Positions 15,904 to 26,256 are shown, numbered from the stretch's first letter. The stretch: DNA of 31,824 bases from Candidatus Rifleibacteriota bacterium (GCA_051747585.1 JBNJGH010000030.1:1-31824); one strand, 5' to 3'. The notes: a model not told the origin generated them from the letters alone. Translations and numbers: made by a program.

Positions 15904-17421
15904 ATGCGTAACTTTAATAGGTTTTTGCTTTTTACTTTAATGTTTTTCCTGGTTGTTTCGAGCGTTTATGGTGCTTATCGTCCGGTTCCCGACAACCGAA
16001 ATCTGGGTGAAATTTTCAACAGTATCAAGGTAGAAGGCAAAACGGAACTTACCAGAGTCAGATATGTTCCCGACAACGACGAGGCATGGTATTGCCGCTG
16101 GAAAATGATAAAGCAGGCTAAAGACACCATAGACTGTACCTACTACATTATAGACAAAGATATATTCGGTCAGGCTTTTCTGGGGTTATTGTTAAACAGA
16201 GCCCGTCATGGCGTTAGAATCAGACTGATGGTTGACGGCCGGGTATATAGAATGCCATATATGAGTAAAATGCCGGATAAAATTCAAGAGCTGGCTGCCT
16301 ACCCGAACGTTGAAATCAAGCTTTACAATTCCGTCAGCAAATCTCTTGCCCATCTTTTTAAAGGGGTAAAAGAGGTTTTCGCTTCGAATCACGATAAAAT
16401 TATTATTGTAGACGGTGAAACCTGCATCGTTGGCGGCCGAAATATTGGAGCAGATTATTTTTCCGGAAAAGGCGAAAATGACATTGTCTACAGAGATTCA
16501 GATGTTCTGCTCCAGGGCCGACATGTGGCAAAGCAGCTAACAAAAGCCTTTGATGAAGAGTGGAATCTTTTGAGAAACTCTGTAGTAAAAGAAGATTTTA
16601 TTAATTTCAAAGATCAACTGGCAATTGTTGATCTGGCTTACAGGGTGATGTCTCGTTACATGCAGGGTCGCGGACTTTTTGATCCCAAAAAAGTCAGGGT
16701 TTCAAAAAAGCTTGTTAAAGCGCTTACAGAAATGAACAAGGAGATATCAAAATATAAAAATATTTCTTCTTATTCAGGTTTCAGGCTGTTTCGCGGCGAA
16801 CGTAAAAAACCGGTAAAAATTCTGGATAAGCATTCGCACATAGGAGCTCTTAACGGTATTACTCCTAATCTTATCAAGATGATCAATGCCTGTGAGCATG
16901 AAATTATTATTCAGAATCCATATCTGGTTATTACCGAAGAAGCTGAAGCAGCCTTAAAAAGAGCCGCCCAACGCGGAGTAAAAATTATTTTCCATACCAA
17001 TTCCGCCGAATCGACCGATTCTCCCTTCCCTCAGGCGTTCTTATTGAATGACTGGAAAAGAATATTGAAAGAAATGCCTGGCGCACGGCTTTTGGTAGCT
17101 CCCAGTCAAAATGAAAGACTACATTCCAAAACATTCGTTTTTGACAGTCTTATTACCATAGTTGGCTCTTACAATATGGACCCATTAAGCGAACAAATTA
17201 ACTCAGAGGTCGTCGCCGCTATTTACGACAAGTCTTTTTCTACCAGAACAAGACTTCAGATTATCAAAAAAGATTTAAAGAAATTTATAGAATACAGACT
17301 TAAAATCGACGACAAGGGTAAAATTATCAAAGCTTATGGTCCCAGTGATCATGTAAATAAAGGAACTTTAAGAAAACTTAAGATTCTAAGTAAAATTGGC
17401 TGGCTTAGACCACTGATTTAA
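15904..17421 (+). CDS. Phospholipase D family protein (cardiolipin synthase ClsC/YmdC-like)
   Basis: Two HKD motifs, NHDKIIIVDG..GGRNIG..YF and LHSKTFVFD..VGSYNMDPLS..INSE; N-terminal signal peptide. Confidence 0.92.
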   Translation: MRNFNRFLLFTLMFFLVVSSVYGAYRPVPDNRNLGEIFNSIKVEGKTELTRVRYVPDNDEAWYCRWKMIKQAKDTIDCTYYIIDKDIFGQAFLGLLLNRARHGVRIRLMVDGRVYRMPYMSKMPDKIQELAAYPNVEIKLYNSVSKSLAHLFKGVKEVFASNHDKIIIVDGETCIVGGRNIGADYFSGKGENDIVYRDSDVLLQGRHVAKQLTKAFDEEWNLLRNSVVKEDFINFKDQLAIVDLAYRVMSRYMQGRGLFDPKKVRVSKKLVKALTEMNKEISKYKNISSYSGFRLFRGERKKPVKILDKHSHIGALNGITPNLIKMINACEHEIIIQNPYLVITEEAEAALKRAAQRGVKIIFHTNSAESTDSPFPQAFLLNDWKRILKEMPGARLLVAPSQNERLHSKTFVFDSLITIVGSYNMDPLSEQINSEVVAAIYDKSFSTRTRLQIIKKDLKKFIEYRLKIDDKGKIIKAYGPSDHVNKGTLRKLKILSKIGWLRPLI

Positions 17422-18665
17422 AAGCCAGAATTTTTATCTGGTGCAAAAACCTCAGGAGCATCAATAGCTTTAAAATTCATTTGAGGCTGGGCTTTGAACT
17501 CTCCATTGCCCAGCCTTATCAGTTTCCAGTTTCTGTATTTAATTACCTTTTGCAGGTCATCTGTATTTAAATTGATCAAACCCTTCCAGGCTATTTCTCC
17601 CAGTTCGTGATTGTAAACCTTTTGTTCGTTAACGTAACCTTCGAGAATTGGTGCGAGATTTTTTCCAAGTTGACCGCGCACGCTCGGATTAAGCTTGAAA
17701 CCAAATGGATTAACAAAAAGAAAGAGATGAATTATAGCAGTGAGAACTATAATTCCCCCCAGCTGGTAGTTCAAAGACATGGGTTCTATATCGGAAAGGC
17801 TTTTGAGAAGCATTATCGCTCCCATTAGTATGAAAACGGGAGTGTAGAGGGGGCTTATAAGGGCTATAAAACCGGTTATGGCATAAAAAACCAGGTTTGG
17901 CATGTCGTCGTAGGTTAATCTACCAAGTGTAATCAGGTTAACAAGCACAAATATACCAGATAACAAATACATGATTTTGATATCTTCAATTGGCATGAAC
18001 TGCCAGTTTAATACTGAGTTTGGATTTACGCTGATTGCCGCTCCTTCCGGGAAAAATAGAACTCCAATCAGGCCACAAACTACCAGGCTCAGGCTGTAAT
18101 TTTTATTGAAGAATGCGTGACAGGCAATAAGAATTAACAGCAGCCAGCTGTTTAGAGTCAGGGCGCTTGCTGCCGCAGTAATGGGAATGAGTAAAATTCC
18201 AAAATTGTTTTTCAGTCGGTTATTATCGAGCAGGGTCAGTAAGCCAAGAACAAAAATAAGCTGTAACAGCATGCGGAAACTCAGAAAAAGCTGCATTGAA
18301 AGTGCAAAAACTCCCAGAACGATAAGACCGGGTAGTATTTCTCTGCTTTTAAAGACCCAGATACACAATATGCAGCAAAGTAGAAAGTAAGCTATATGAT
18401 AAATCGCTTTTAAACCCAACAATGAAGCTGAAGAGTTTACAATATTCAGCGCAATGGACTCAGGAAAAATAACTGCGCCGATACTTAAATCGAAATCTCG
18501 AGCGAGCATAAGATCCCAGAATGTGGTCGAAGGGAAAGGTGTCGAGCGGGTGAAAATAAATAAAACAGCTACTGCTGCCACAAGAGCAGCAATTCTATTC
18601 CATTCAATCTGTTTGGAATCTTCCTGGATTTCCTCTATTTCCAAATCATCGGGTTTCGACGACAT
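17418..18665 (-). CDS. Polytopic membrane protein of unknown function
   Basis: About 11 hydrophobic segments. ATG 18665 follows RBS GAGGAG (ORF track start 18707). The 3' end overlaps the PLD gene by 4 nt. Confidence 0.75.
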   Translation of the reverse strand: MSSKPDDLEIEEIQEDSKQIEWNRIAALVAAVAVLFIFTRSTPFPSTTFWDLMLARDFDLSIGAVIFPESIALNIVNSSASLLGLKAIYHIAYFLLCCILCIWVFKSREILPGLIVLGVFALSMQLFLSFRMLLQLIFVLGLLTLLDNNRLKNNFGILLIPITAAASALTLNSWLLLILIACHAFFNKNYSLSLVVCGLIGVLFFPEGAAISVNPNSVLNWQFMPIEDIKIMYLLSGIFVLVNLITLGRLTYDDMPNLVFYAITGFIALISPLYTPVFILMGAIMLLKSLSDIEPMSLNYQLGGIIVLTAIIHLFLFVNPFGFKLNPSVRGQLGKNLAPILEGYVNEQKVYNHELGEIAWKGLINLNTDDLQKVIKYRNWKLIRLGNGEFKAQPQMNFKAIDAPEVFAPDKNSGF

Positions 18666-18796
18666 GCTGTCTCCTCTTATCCGAATGCTATGATTAATTT
18701 CTTTCACAATAATACAATAATCTTAAGCTGACAAGTGCCGACAAAAACCCTGGGAATTCTCGGCCAATGATTACTAAACTGTTTAAAAAAAGAATA

Positions 18797-19040
18797 TTCC
18801 TCACACCAAGCCACAAAGATAATTACCACAGAGCCCTCAGAGCAGCACAGAGAATCTTTTTCAGCCATGGATTGTCCTTTGGACAATCAGCCGACGGTTT
18901 CACCGTCCGGCTTTCCCAGCAACAGCAAGCCCTCAGAAAAGCACCGGTGTTTTTCTGAGGGCTTGCTGTTGCTGGGAACCATGGCTGAAAAAGATTAAAA
19001 AATCGGCTCCGTGCCCTCGGTGATCTCGGTGGTGAAATTT
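18797..19040 (+). repeat. Repeat family A copy 2
   Basis: Perfect 18-bp IR AATCTTTTTCAGCCATGG 18853-18870 / CCATGGCTGAAAAAGATT 18979-18996; long stem 18913-18978; ~9-nt-period flanks (CACAGAG.. / CTCGGTG..). Confidence 0.95.
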
Positions 19041-19105
19041 AGAAAATTGGTAAAATACAATTTATTTTAGGAGACTGCTGAGGTTTTCCATTGCAAATTA
19101 TTTTC

Positions 19106-19182
19106 CTGACACTGGATTTAGGCTCTAATTTTGTTCGGCCGGAATGACGAAAATAGGGTAATTTAATATAACAAATACCGAT
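19106..19182 (-). repeat. Repeat family C copy 2
   Basis: The reverse complement ATCGGTATTTGTTATATTAAATTACCCTATTTTCGTCATTCCGGCCGAAC...TCCAGTGTCAG matches 163-239. Confidence 0.85.
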
Positions 19183-19201
19183 CTTGCCCCCAATTGTTGA
19201 G

Positions 19202-20512
19202 TTAGAAGAAGTATTTGTAGCGAATTTCGACCTTGGCATCACTTACTTTCTGCCCAAACTCTGAATTGTTATTACCTTGATTGCCGGTAATTCTGAAGGT
19301 GAAAATCTGATCGGTAAGAGCGGTATAGTTAAGCTCTACGCTTGACATGAAACTTTTGTCGTGAAGATTGTAAACTGTGAATACAGACCCCTTTAAATAA
19401 AGATCATCAAAAAGCTCAGGCTTTGAAACTTTGAAATAGAGATAATCCTGCATGCCGAATTGTTTGTTAATAAATTGATTAAAATAATAAGCGCTTTTTT
19501 TCATATTTGCTTTGTTGTTTGTAAGCAATGCCCGGTCTGCAGAATTATAGTAATTTTGCAGATCATCCTGGGTAAAGCCGCTGCCATTGTGTAGATACTC
19601 AAGAATATAGGTTATCTCTCGGTAGTCGAGATATCTGGTACCGATTAAATAGTTTGTAGTGCGTCTGGTTTCAGCAGTTAACAGGCCCGCGCCATTTATG
19701 GAATATTGTTTATCTTCTTCTTTAACTGCTATTTCTCCGTGTATTTCATGGTTACTGGCCAGATTGCGGCTGAAGTCGATGCCATAGCTGTTCTGGCCGG
19801 CGTAGCCGGTGAGTAGATACAAATCGACATCTGTATTCCTGATGAGCATGTAGAGTTGATTTGCAAAGAACCAGCCCTTGTCGCGCGCAAAAGAGTGGTT
19901 CAGGTCTTCTCCTACAGGAATCAATGCCGTTGTCAGGCTTAAATTCGACAAGGGGCCTTCCATTGTTCGGTTATATTGAGAATAGATCATGGTATAACCT
20001 GACAAGGCAAGTTCCAGATCATTGAGATCTTTTTGTCGCCCTGCCAGGTTAACCGGGTTCCAGCTGTAGCCTTTACCCCATTTAAAAGTCTTTTTACCGA
20101 TGCCGAGGCGAAGTCTCGAGTCTATGTCAAAGCTCAGGTAAGATTCGTTCAAGACATGATTGTCGCTTGTTTGGCCGGCAAATCTTTTAATAGTGGATAA
20201 AGCTGCAAAGTTGTATTTTGAATTATCGCCCAGTAGATAATGCCCGCCCATTTCTGTAAGTATGCTGTGATTTTGCTGGCTTCTTCGTGGTTTGTCAGCT
20301 GAGTTGGTAAGCTTGTAGAAACGAGAAGATTCATTGTAAAAGCTGAAACCTGGTCTGAGGTCGAGATTATAATTTGTTTCAAGTCTTCTGGGTTTGAAAG
20401 AGCTTAAATCGAAACTGTAGTCGTCTGCTTGAGCCTTATAACAAACTACAATCGGTTGAACGAGCAAAACCAGGAAAAGGATCGAGATAAATTTTGCTAA
20501 TTGTTTTTGCAT
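19202..20512 (-). CDS. Putative outer-membrane beta-barrel protein
   Basis: Signal peptide, aromatic-rich alternating strands, LNESYL..., GKKTFKWGKGYSWNPV motif, C-terminal YKYFF. It lies downstream of the LolA-like gene. Confidence 0.7.
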   Translation of the reverse strand: MQKQLAKFISILFLVLLVQPIVVCYKAQADDYSFDLSSFKPRRLETNYNLDLRPGFSFYNESSRFYKLTNSADKPRRSQQNHSILTEMGGHYLLGDNSKYNFAALSTIKRFAGQTSDNHVLNESYLSFDIDSRLRLGIGKKTFKWGKGYSWNPVNLAGRQKDLNDLELALSGYTMIYSQYNRTMEGPLSNLSLTTALIPVGEDLNHSFARDKGWFFANQLYMLIRNTDVDLYLLTGYAGQNSYGIDFSRNLASNHEIHGEIAVKEEDKQYSINGAGLLTAETRRTTNYLIGTRYLDYREITYILEYLHNGSGFTQDDLQNYYNSADRALLTNNKANMKKSAYYFNQFINKQFGMQDYLYFKVSKPELFDDLYLKGSVFTVYNLHDKSFMSSVELNYTALTDQIFTFRITGNQGNNNSEFGQKVSDAKVEIRYKYFF

Positions 20513-20518
20513 AGAAAA

Positions 20519-21367
20519 CTAACGTAGATCCTTATATTTGTGCATGCTGTTAATGTTAAAAAGCTCTTTATCAAGATTTTTGCGTTTTAATTGCGAAAAA
20601 ATCATAATCGATTTGGCTCCTTTATGAAGCGGACTGGTTGTTTCGGTTACCGATGGTCGTGAAAATCCATTTTCAAATTCAACGATTTTTTTGAATTCAA
20701 GGGTTTTTACAAGCATTCCACTGGCAGTAAAGCATTTTATAAATTTCGGAAGAAATCTTTCTTTGTCGGCTTTTATAGTTACTTTGTCATAGGCTACCGA
20801 ATTATTTTTCGCTTTCAGTTCAAGAATATAAAAGTTGTCTTCTTCATCGACATTGACGCAGTCATATTCGTATGAATAATCAAGACTCATTATATCTGAA
20901 TTGTTGAAAAGGCCTCCGGTAACAGATTGCAGACTGGTTATGCGAACCGGCTTTCTTACATTGGGAATATAGAGCCACATATTGTCACCTATTCGCAAGG
21001 TGGCTCGTCCAACCTCACTTTTGGGAGCAAGAAAAGCACCTAATACTTTGTCACGGCCAAGTTTGCCAACATACATTACAAATTCTTTTCTGGTATTGTC
21101 GGTGTCTATGTTGATAATCTTTTTGTAAGAAACAAAAGACTCTGGATTTAATGCCCGGTCTACCTTCTTTAATAAGTCGTTATTGCTGATTTTAGTATCT
21201 ATTTCAGCTGAATCTGAAGCCGACACTTGAATACGGGCTTCAGAAGCGATATTTGTTGAAGCTGATGCCTTAATTTCAAGAGCCGGACTTGCGGTTTTTG
21301 CTGTAACATAAGCAGCGGAGAAACATAGGATAAGGGCAATTGTGAAAATATAATAATTTAATTTCAT
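20519..21367 (-). CDS. Outer-membrane lipoprotein-sorting protein (LolA-like)
   Basis: FLAPKSEVGRATL, NMWLYIPNVRKPVRI, GGLFNNSD, YILELKAK, SGMLVKTL. ATG 21367 follows GGAG (ORF track start 21412). Confidence 0.85.
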   Translation of the reverse strand: MKLNYYIFTIALILCFSAAYVTAKTASPALEIKASASTNIASEARIQVSASDSAEIDTKISNNDLLKKVDRALNPESFVSYKKIINIDTDNTRKEFVMYVGKLGRDKVLGAFLAPKSEVGRATLRIGDNMWLYIPNVRKPVRITSLQSVTGGLFNNSDIMSLDYSYEYDCVNVDEEDNFYILELKAKNNSVAYDKVTIKADKERFLPKFIKCFTASGMLVKTLEFKKIVEFENGFSRPSVTETTSPLHKGAKSIMIFSQLKRKNLDKELFNINSMHKYKDLR

Positions 21368-21383
21368 ATTTAACTCCGTAAAA

Positions 21384-22616
21384 TTAATGTCGTAATGCTT
21401 CGACAGGATCAAGTCGGGAAGCTTTGTAAGCTGGTTCGATTACTCCCAGAAGGGTGATAAAAATAACGATAATGGTTGTGGCGGCCATGGTGGTGCCTGA
21501 AATCTCGGGGGTGAGAAGTATATTGTCGTTTTGACCGAAGCTTATGGTTATTTCTGCCGCTCTTAAAATATAAACAAGGATGATACCTATAATATTGCCG
21601 ACGGCTGCTCCTCCTATGCCCAGCAAAAGACCTTCGCATACGAAAAGATTCATAATTGTTCCCGGAAGTGTTCCTATTGCCGCAATAGTGCCGATTTCGC
21701 TGGTGCGCTCATAAACTGCCATGAGCATTACATTCATAATGCTTATTAATACAATAGTTACCAGAATTACCTGAATAAAAATTGTCATTATATCTATCAT
21801 TACGGCGATATTGCTGAATGGCGTCAAAGCCTTCCATGGATGAACCTCAAAAACCGGTTGATTGTTTTTGTCTTTAATTGTTTTAAAAGCAGATTTAAGT
21901 TCCTGCACAACTTTGTTGAGACTACCTATGTTTTTAAGTCTAATAGCAACTTCACTGACACTTGTCTGGTTCATTCGCAACAAGCTTCTTGCATCTTCAA
22001 TATGGATATAGCCGTATTTACCACTTGGCCCAACCGTGGTTTCTACTATTCCCGAAATTGATAAAGAAGTTCCATTAACTGAGCCGTCGACATTAGTAGC
22101 AATTAATACCGCTTCAGAGGCGACTCCCAGCTTGAGTCCGCTTGTTACGAGGTTTGGTAATAGAATCTGGCCTTTTTTTAAAAATTCACCCTGAGCTATG
22201 CGACCTTTGAGCAAAGGAATTACCTGCTTTTCAGATTCAGGGTTTATGGCGGCAACTTTTATGTTGGTAGTGTCTTGATAGTTGCTTAATAGCGTAGTTA
22301 GAAGAATTCGAAGTGAATAAGCCTCTATTTCATCTATATTTTTCAGCATCTCTTCGAGTTTTTTCAGTTGGTCAGGCTCGATCATAATATTGAGCGGCAT
22401 GGTGTCGAGTGACTGAACATAGCCTTTGCGGTGTATTTGCAGATGACCCAGCATTGAGTCGGTTATCTGGCTGATCATCATGTTTTTAAACGATCCGGCC
22501 AGGGCGCTGAAAAGTAAGACTGCTATTACCCCAAAAGCAATTATTGAAACAGTGAGGGCAGTTCGTCTGCGTTGGCGGGAAAGATTTCTGAACGCAATTT
22601 TAAAAATCTGTTTCAT
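21384..22616 (-). CDS. ABC transporter permease, LolC/E-MacB/FtsX family
   Basis: IAFRNLSRQRRRTALT, IMNVMLMAVYERTSEIGTIAAIG, PAYKASRLDPVEALR. Confidence 0.92.
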   Translation of the reverse strand: MKQIFKIAFRNLSRQRRRTALTVSIIAFGVIAVLLFSALAGSFKNMMISQITDSMLGHLQIHRKGYVQSLDTMPLNIMIEPDQLKKLEEMLKNIDEIEAYSLRILLTTLLSNYQDTTNIKVAAINPESEKQVIPLLKGRIAQGEFLKKGQILLPNLVTSGLKLGVASEAVLIATNVDGSVNGTSLSISGIVETTVGPSGKYGYIHIEDARSLLRMNQTSVSEVAIRLKNIGSLNKVVQELKSAFKTIKDKNNQPVFEVHPWKALTPFSNIAVMIDIMTIFIQVILVTIVLISIMNVMLMAVYERTSEIGTIAAIGTLPGTIMNLFVCEGLLLGIGGAAVGNIIGIILVYILRAAEITISFGQNDNILLTPEISGTTMAATTIIVIFITLLGVIEPAYKASRLDPVEALRH

Positions 22617-23335
22617 TGTTTGTCCCCGCTTTCATTTTTTGCGGAGTTCATGAGTTCTTTATTAGTAATCATTCCATCTTCGAGGGAAAAGACCACATCT
22701 GCATGATTTACCACTTTGGGGTCATGGGTAGAAAAAACAAAGCTTGTGCCGGACTCATCTTTCAGTTTTTTCATGAGATCGATGATTTTATAAGAAGTTG
22801 CCCGATCGAGGTTTGCAGTAGGCTCGTCGGCAAGCACTAGTTTAGGATGCGTTGCCAGTGCTCGGGCAATTGCAACTCTTTGCTTCTGCCCGCCCGAAAT
22901 CTGGCTCGGAAGTTTATCGCTTTGTTCTAAAATCCCTGTTTGCTCCATAAGGTTGGTGACTATTTTTTGCCTTTCTGCTTCAGGAGTTGGCTTAATCATG
23001 AGTAACGGATACTCGATGTTTTCATAAACCGTTAATACCGGTATGAGGTTGAAATCCTGAAAAATTATACCTATGTTATTGCCACGAAAACGTGCCCGGT
23101 CTTTAATATCGAGTTTGTTTACTTCCTGATCGGCTATTTTAAGCTCACCCGAGGTTTGCACGTCCAGGCTGCCGATTAAATTAAGTAATGTGGTTTTGCC
23201 GCTGCCTGAAGGACCGGTGAAACTGACAAATTGTGATGGTTCTATCTCGAATGAAACTCCTCTCAGAGCTTTAACATCAACTTCCCCGCTGTGATATGTC
23301 TTGGTAAGATCCTTTGCACTTACAATGTTGGTCAT
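22613..23335 (-). CDS. ABC transporter ATP-binding protein, LolD-like
   Basis: GPSGSGKTT, IFQDFNLIP, ISGGQKQRVAIARAL, LADEPTANLD, FSTHD. Confidence 0.95.
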   Translation of the reverse strand: MTNIVSAKDLTKTYHSGEVDVKALRGVSFEIEPSQFVSFTGPSGSGKTTLLNLIGSLDVQTSGELKIADQEVNKLDIKDRARFRGNNIGIIFQDFNLIPVLTVYENIEYPLLMIKPTPEAERQKIVTNLMEQTGILEQSDKLPSQISGGQKQRVAIARALATHPKLVLADEPTANLDRATSYKIIDLMKKLKDESGTSFVFSTHDPKVVNHADVVFSLEDGMITNKELMNSAKNESGDKQ

Positions 23336-23439
23336 TGCTTACTCCTTATCCTTTTGTAAAATGATAGCACATAATATTACCGCCTTCCAGCCAATGAAAT
23401 CAGTCATTCTCAATGTAGCTGCTAATCAAAATTTAAATT

Positions 23440-23674
23440 TCGATATCGTTATCGGGATCGCTTCTCGGCATCGAAATATTAAAATCATTTCAGAAAATTT
23501 CGAAAAGGGACTTCCGATTCCGATCTCGACAACCGACAGTTCTTGCCTCACACCAAGTCGCAAAGCCACCAAGATCACCAAAGAAGCCTGTAAACTGTCA
23601 TTGCGAGGAGTGAAACGACGAAGCAATCTCAAATTTCTATCCGTCATTACTGCCCTGACCCTGGATCCCGGCTC
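23440..23674. repeat. Intergenic repeat mosaic: TCG/CGA hexamer tracts, motif D, half family B, fragment of family C
   Basis: TCGATATCGTTATCGGGATCG 23440-23460; CGATTCCGATCTCGAC from 23515; TTGCCTCACACCAAGTCGCAAAGCCACCAAG from 23543; TGTCATTGCGAGGAGTGAAACGACGAAGCAATCT 23596-23629; CTGACCCTGGATCCCGGCTC 23655-23674. Confidence 0.8.
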
Positions 23675-23714
23675 GCTATTGTCATTGTAGGGATTGGTAT
23701 TCGATTCTCTGTTG

Positions 23715-24209
23715 TCAGTTTTTATCTGAGTTGTTTTGTTGTTTATGTTCATTTCTGACAATAGGATTTTTATCTAGTAACAGTTCCGGATTTTCCAGAG
23801 CTTTTTTCAAATATTCAAGTGTCCAGTTCCCCTTATGCCTACCAACATAATGCATAAAGTCAGGTAATTCAGCAAAAATAATTGTTTTTCCATCAATTTT
23901 GGCACTGGTTTTTTCGTTTATAGATACTGCAAAGGGAAAATGTTGGGTTGGAAGACCTCTTTGCGTAATTAATTGTTCATTTGCCGGTTCCGTAATCAAG
24001 ATCCTTTTAACAGTAAATTTCGACTTATAGTTTTCAAGCAGCTCGCTAACTTTATCGAGTGTTTTTAAAGATGGTTCTTTTTCTTTGTAAAAAACTTCTA
24101 TAATTGGCTTTTCAGTTTGGGCAAATGCCATCTGTACCTGAAAGCAGAAAAAGAATAACAAGCAAAATAATGAAGTAGATACAGTAAAATTTTTAAGTGT
24201 AAGATTCAT
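23715..24209 (-). CDS. Exported hypothetical protein, possibly thioredoxin-like fold without CxxC
   Basis: Signal peptide ending AFA; IIEVFYKEKEPS...; QHFPFAVSINEK resembles the cis-Pro strand. RBS GGAG. Confidence 0.65.
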   Translation of the reverse strand: MNLTLKNFTVSTSLFCLLFFFCFQVQMAFAQTEKPIIEVFYKEKEPSLKTLDKVSELLENYKSKFTVKRILITEPANEQLITQRGLPTQHFPFAVSINEKTSAKIDGKTIIFAELPDFMHYVGRHKGNWTLEYLKKALENPELLLDKNPIVRNEHKQQNNSDKN

Positions 24210-24233
24210 AAAAATAGTCTCCTTTTATTATAT

Positions 24234-24971
24234 TCAATAAATCCATTTTCTTTTAATATTCCATAAACTTAGAGTAAAGAGTCCGATACAGAATGCCAGC
24301 AAAAGAGTAAAATCAATGCCGAATGACATCATGTGTTGCCCATGAATAGAGCCGTGAAGAATGTCTACGCCATAAGTTAGTGGTAAAGCGTATGACAAAG
24401 GTTTTATAAAAAACGGTAATTTCGAAATCGGGAAAAACAAACCGCAAAGAAACATCATTGGGAAGCGAAAGAAATTAGAAAAGGTTTGTGCCTCAAATAC
24501 TTCACTAACTGCTACGGCTATGAATAACCCCAGAAAAGTTGAAGCAACAGCTATAAGAAATATTGCGGGTGCAAGAGTAAACCAGTTTATTTCTGACAAA
24601 TTCATGAAGAAACCAGCCATTATTACAGGCACAAAAGCGTTAGCAACCCCAAATATAATTGCGCCGCTGGTTTTGGCGAGCATAAGAATTTCAAAAGGAA
24701 TAGGTGCCAGCAGAAGGCGTTCAAATGAACGATTTTTCTTTTCAAAGGTAACGGTTACCGCCAGCATTGAAGTAGTGCCAAAGAGAAGAGAAATGGCTAT
24801 AAGTCCCGGTAAAAGCTGAGGGATGCTGTCGGGGCCTGACCCTGAGCGGAGAAAGAACATTCCCGTCCATGCAAGGGGAAAGATTAAACCCCAGCTTATG
24901 TTTGGAGGCTTTAAATAATAAGTCGCCATATCTTTTTTCAAAATATTCCAGAATGCTGTAACTAGTTTCAT
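24234..24971 (-). CDS. ABC-2 type transporter permease
   Basis: EKKNRSFERLLLAPI, PMMFLCGLFFPI, LPLTYGVD; 6 TM segments. Confidence 0.92.
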   Translation of the reverse strand: MKLVTAFWNILKKDMATYYLKPPNISWGLIFPLAWTGMFFLRSGSGPDSIPQLLPGLIAISLLFGTTSMLAVTVTFEKKNRSFERLLLAPIPFEILMLAKTSGAIIFGVANAFVPVIMAGFFMNLSEINWFTLAPAIFLIAVASTFLGLFIAVAVSEVFEAQTFSNFFRFPMMFLCGLFFPISKLPFFIKPLSYALPLTYGVDILHGSIHGQHMMSFGIDFTLLLAFCIGLFTLSLWNIKRKWIY

Positions 24972-25945
24972 TTCCCTTTGCCTGCTTTCTCTATTTGCAT
25001 CAGTTTAACTTCTATTCCGGTAATCTTTACAAAGACTTCTTCAAGAGTTGGCCGGATACGTCTTGCTTCAAAAATCTCTATACCTTTTTCTTCCAGAAAT
25101 CTGAAAATAGGAGCAAGGGATATTATATTGTTTGATTCTATGCGTATTTTCTTTGAGTCGGGAATATTGAATTCGAGGTCTTTAAAAGAATTGTTCAAGT
25201 CGTCGGCAAGTTGGGCAAAGTCATTACTACAGCTTAACTGCACGACATTTTTTGATTTGATTGGTTGAATAAGGTTTGTAACAGTATCAATGCGGACAAT
25301 TTTCCCGTTGACTATAAACGCAATTTGATCACATAGTCTTTCAGCCTCTTCAATGTAATGAGTGGTAAGAAAAATTGTAGTGCCCTGAGCATTCAAATCC
25401 TGAATAAGTTTTCGTAAATGGCGGGCGCTTGCCACGTCTATGCCGGTAGTCGGTTCGTCTAAAAATAGAATTTCGGGATTGTGAATAATTCCAGCTGCAA
25501 TAGTCAGCTTTCTTTTCATGCCTTTTGAATATTTTGCAAATTTTTTGTTGGCTGCTTCTGATAAGGCAAAAGTTTCCAGCAGTTGGCGGGCTCTTTTTTC
25601 TCGTTCAGTTTTGCTTATTCCATAAAGGGATGCGCAGAAACAGAGATTCTCAAATCCGCTTAATTCGGGATAAAGATTGCTTTCATCGGGAACGACTCCG
25701 ATCAGATGTTGTGCCGCTCGTGGATGTTTGATGCAGTCTATATGGCTGATTTTTATCTGCCCATCGTTGGGTCGAGCCAGGCCTGTCAGCATGTTGATTG
25801 TCGTGGTTTTTCCGGCACCGTTGGGACCTAGAAAGCCGAATAATTCACCTCTTTTTACCTCAAAGCTGATTTTGTCAACCGCTTTAAATTCTTCAAAATT
25901 TTTGCTGAGGTCGGTAACTTCAATCATAGCTGATGTTTCATTCAT
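24968..25945 (-). CDS. ABC exporter ATP-binding protein (DrrA/NodI-like)
   Basis: GPNGAGKTT, YSKGMKRKL, FLDEPTTGID, LTTHYIEEAERLCD, PTLEEVF. ATG 25945 follows GAGGT (ORF track start 25966). Confidence 0.93.
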   Translation of the reverse strand: MNETSAMIEVTDLSKNFEEFKAVDKISFEVKRGELFGFLGPNGAGKTTTINMLTGLARPNDGQIKISHIDCIKHPRAAQHLIGVVPDESNLYPELSGFENLCFCASLYGISKTEREKRARQLLETFALSEAANKKFAKYSKGMKRKLTIAAGIIHNPEILFLDEPTTGIDVASARHLRKLIQDLNAQGTTIFLTTHYIEEAERLCDQIAFIVNGKIVRIDTVTNLIQPIKSKNVVQLSCSNDFAQLADDLNNSFKDLEFNIPDSKKIRIESNNIISLAPIFRFLEEKGIEIFEARRIRPTLEEVFVKITGIEVKLMQIEKAGKGK

Positions 25946-26237
25946 CAGTCTTGTTACCTCTTTCACTAAAATTAAAAATCTGGTTTAAATCCCTTTTTAT
26001 CTGCTTGAGTTTGGCCTGATTTAATCTGTAGTGAACAAAGTAGCCGCTTTTCTGGGCGATGACGAATTCTGAATCACGCAGAATTCTAAGATGTTGTGAA
26101 ACAGCAGCCGGTGTTATGTTGAGCTTTCTTGACAAGGCGTTGACGCATAAAGGTTTGTGTTTTAACAACCTGACGATGCGTAACCGCGTATCTACAGAAA
26201 ATATTTTAAAAATTCTTGCCGATTTTTCCAGATTCAA
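25938..26237 (-). CDS. ArsR/SmtB family transcriptional repressor
   Basis: FKIFSVDTRLRIVRLL, LCVNAL, AVSQHLRILR, GYFVHYRLN. TTG start after GGAG. Confidence 0.9.
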   Translation of the reverse strand: MNLEKSARIFKIFSVDTRLRIVRLLKHKPLCVNALSRKLNITPAAVSQHLRILRDSEFVIAQKSGYFVHYRLNQAKLKQIKRDLNQIFNFSERGNKTDE

Positions 26238-26256
26238 TAAAGGTCTCCCTATCCAA

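Noticed and set aside
18767..18958. Small ORFs 18767-18958 and 26334-26522 encode near-identical peptides (…GLSxGQSAxGFTVRLSQQQQALRK…), which could suggest a small-protein family
   Set aside because: They are translations of repeat A, with different starts and no RBS, and the reading context is broken in copy 1 by the core inversion.
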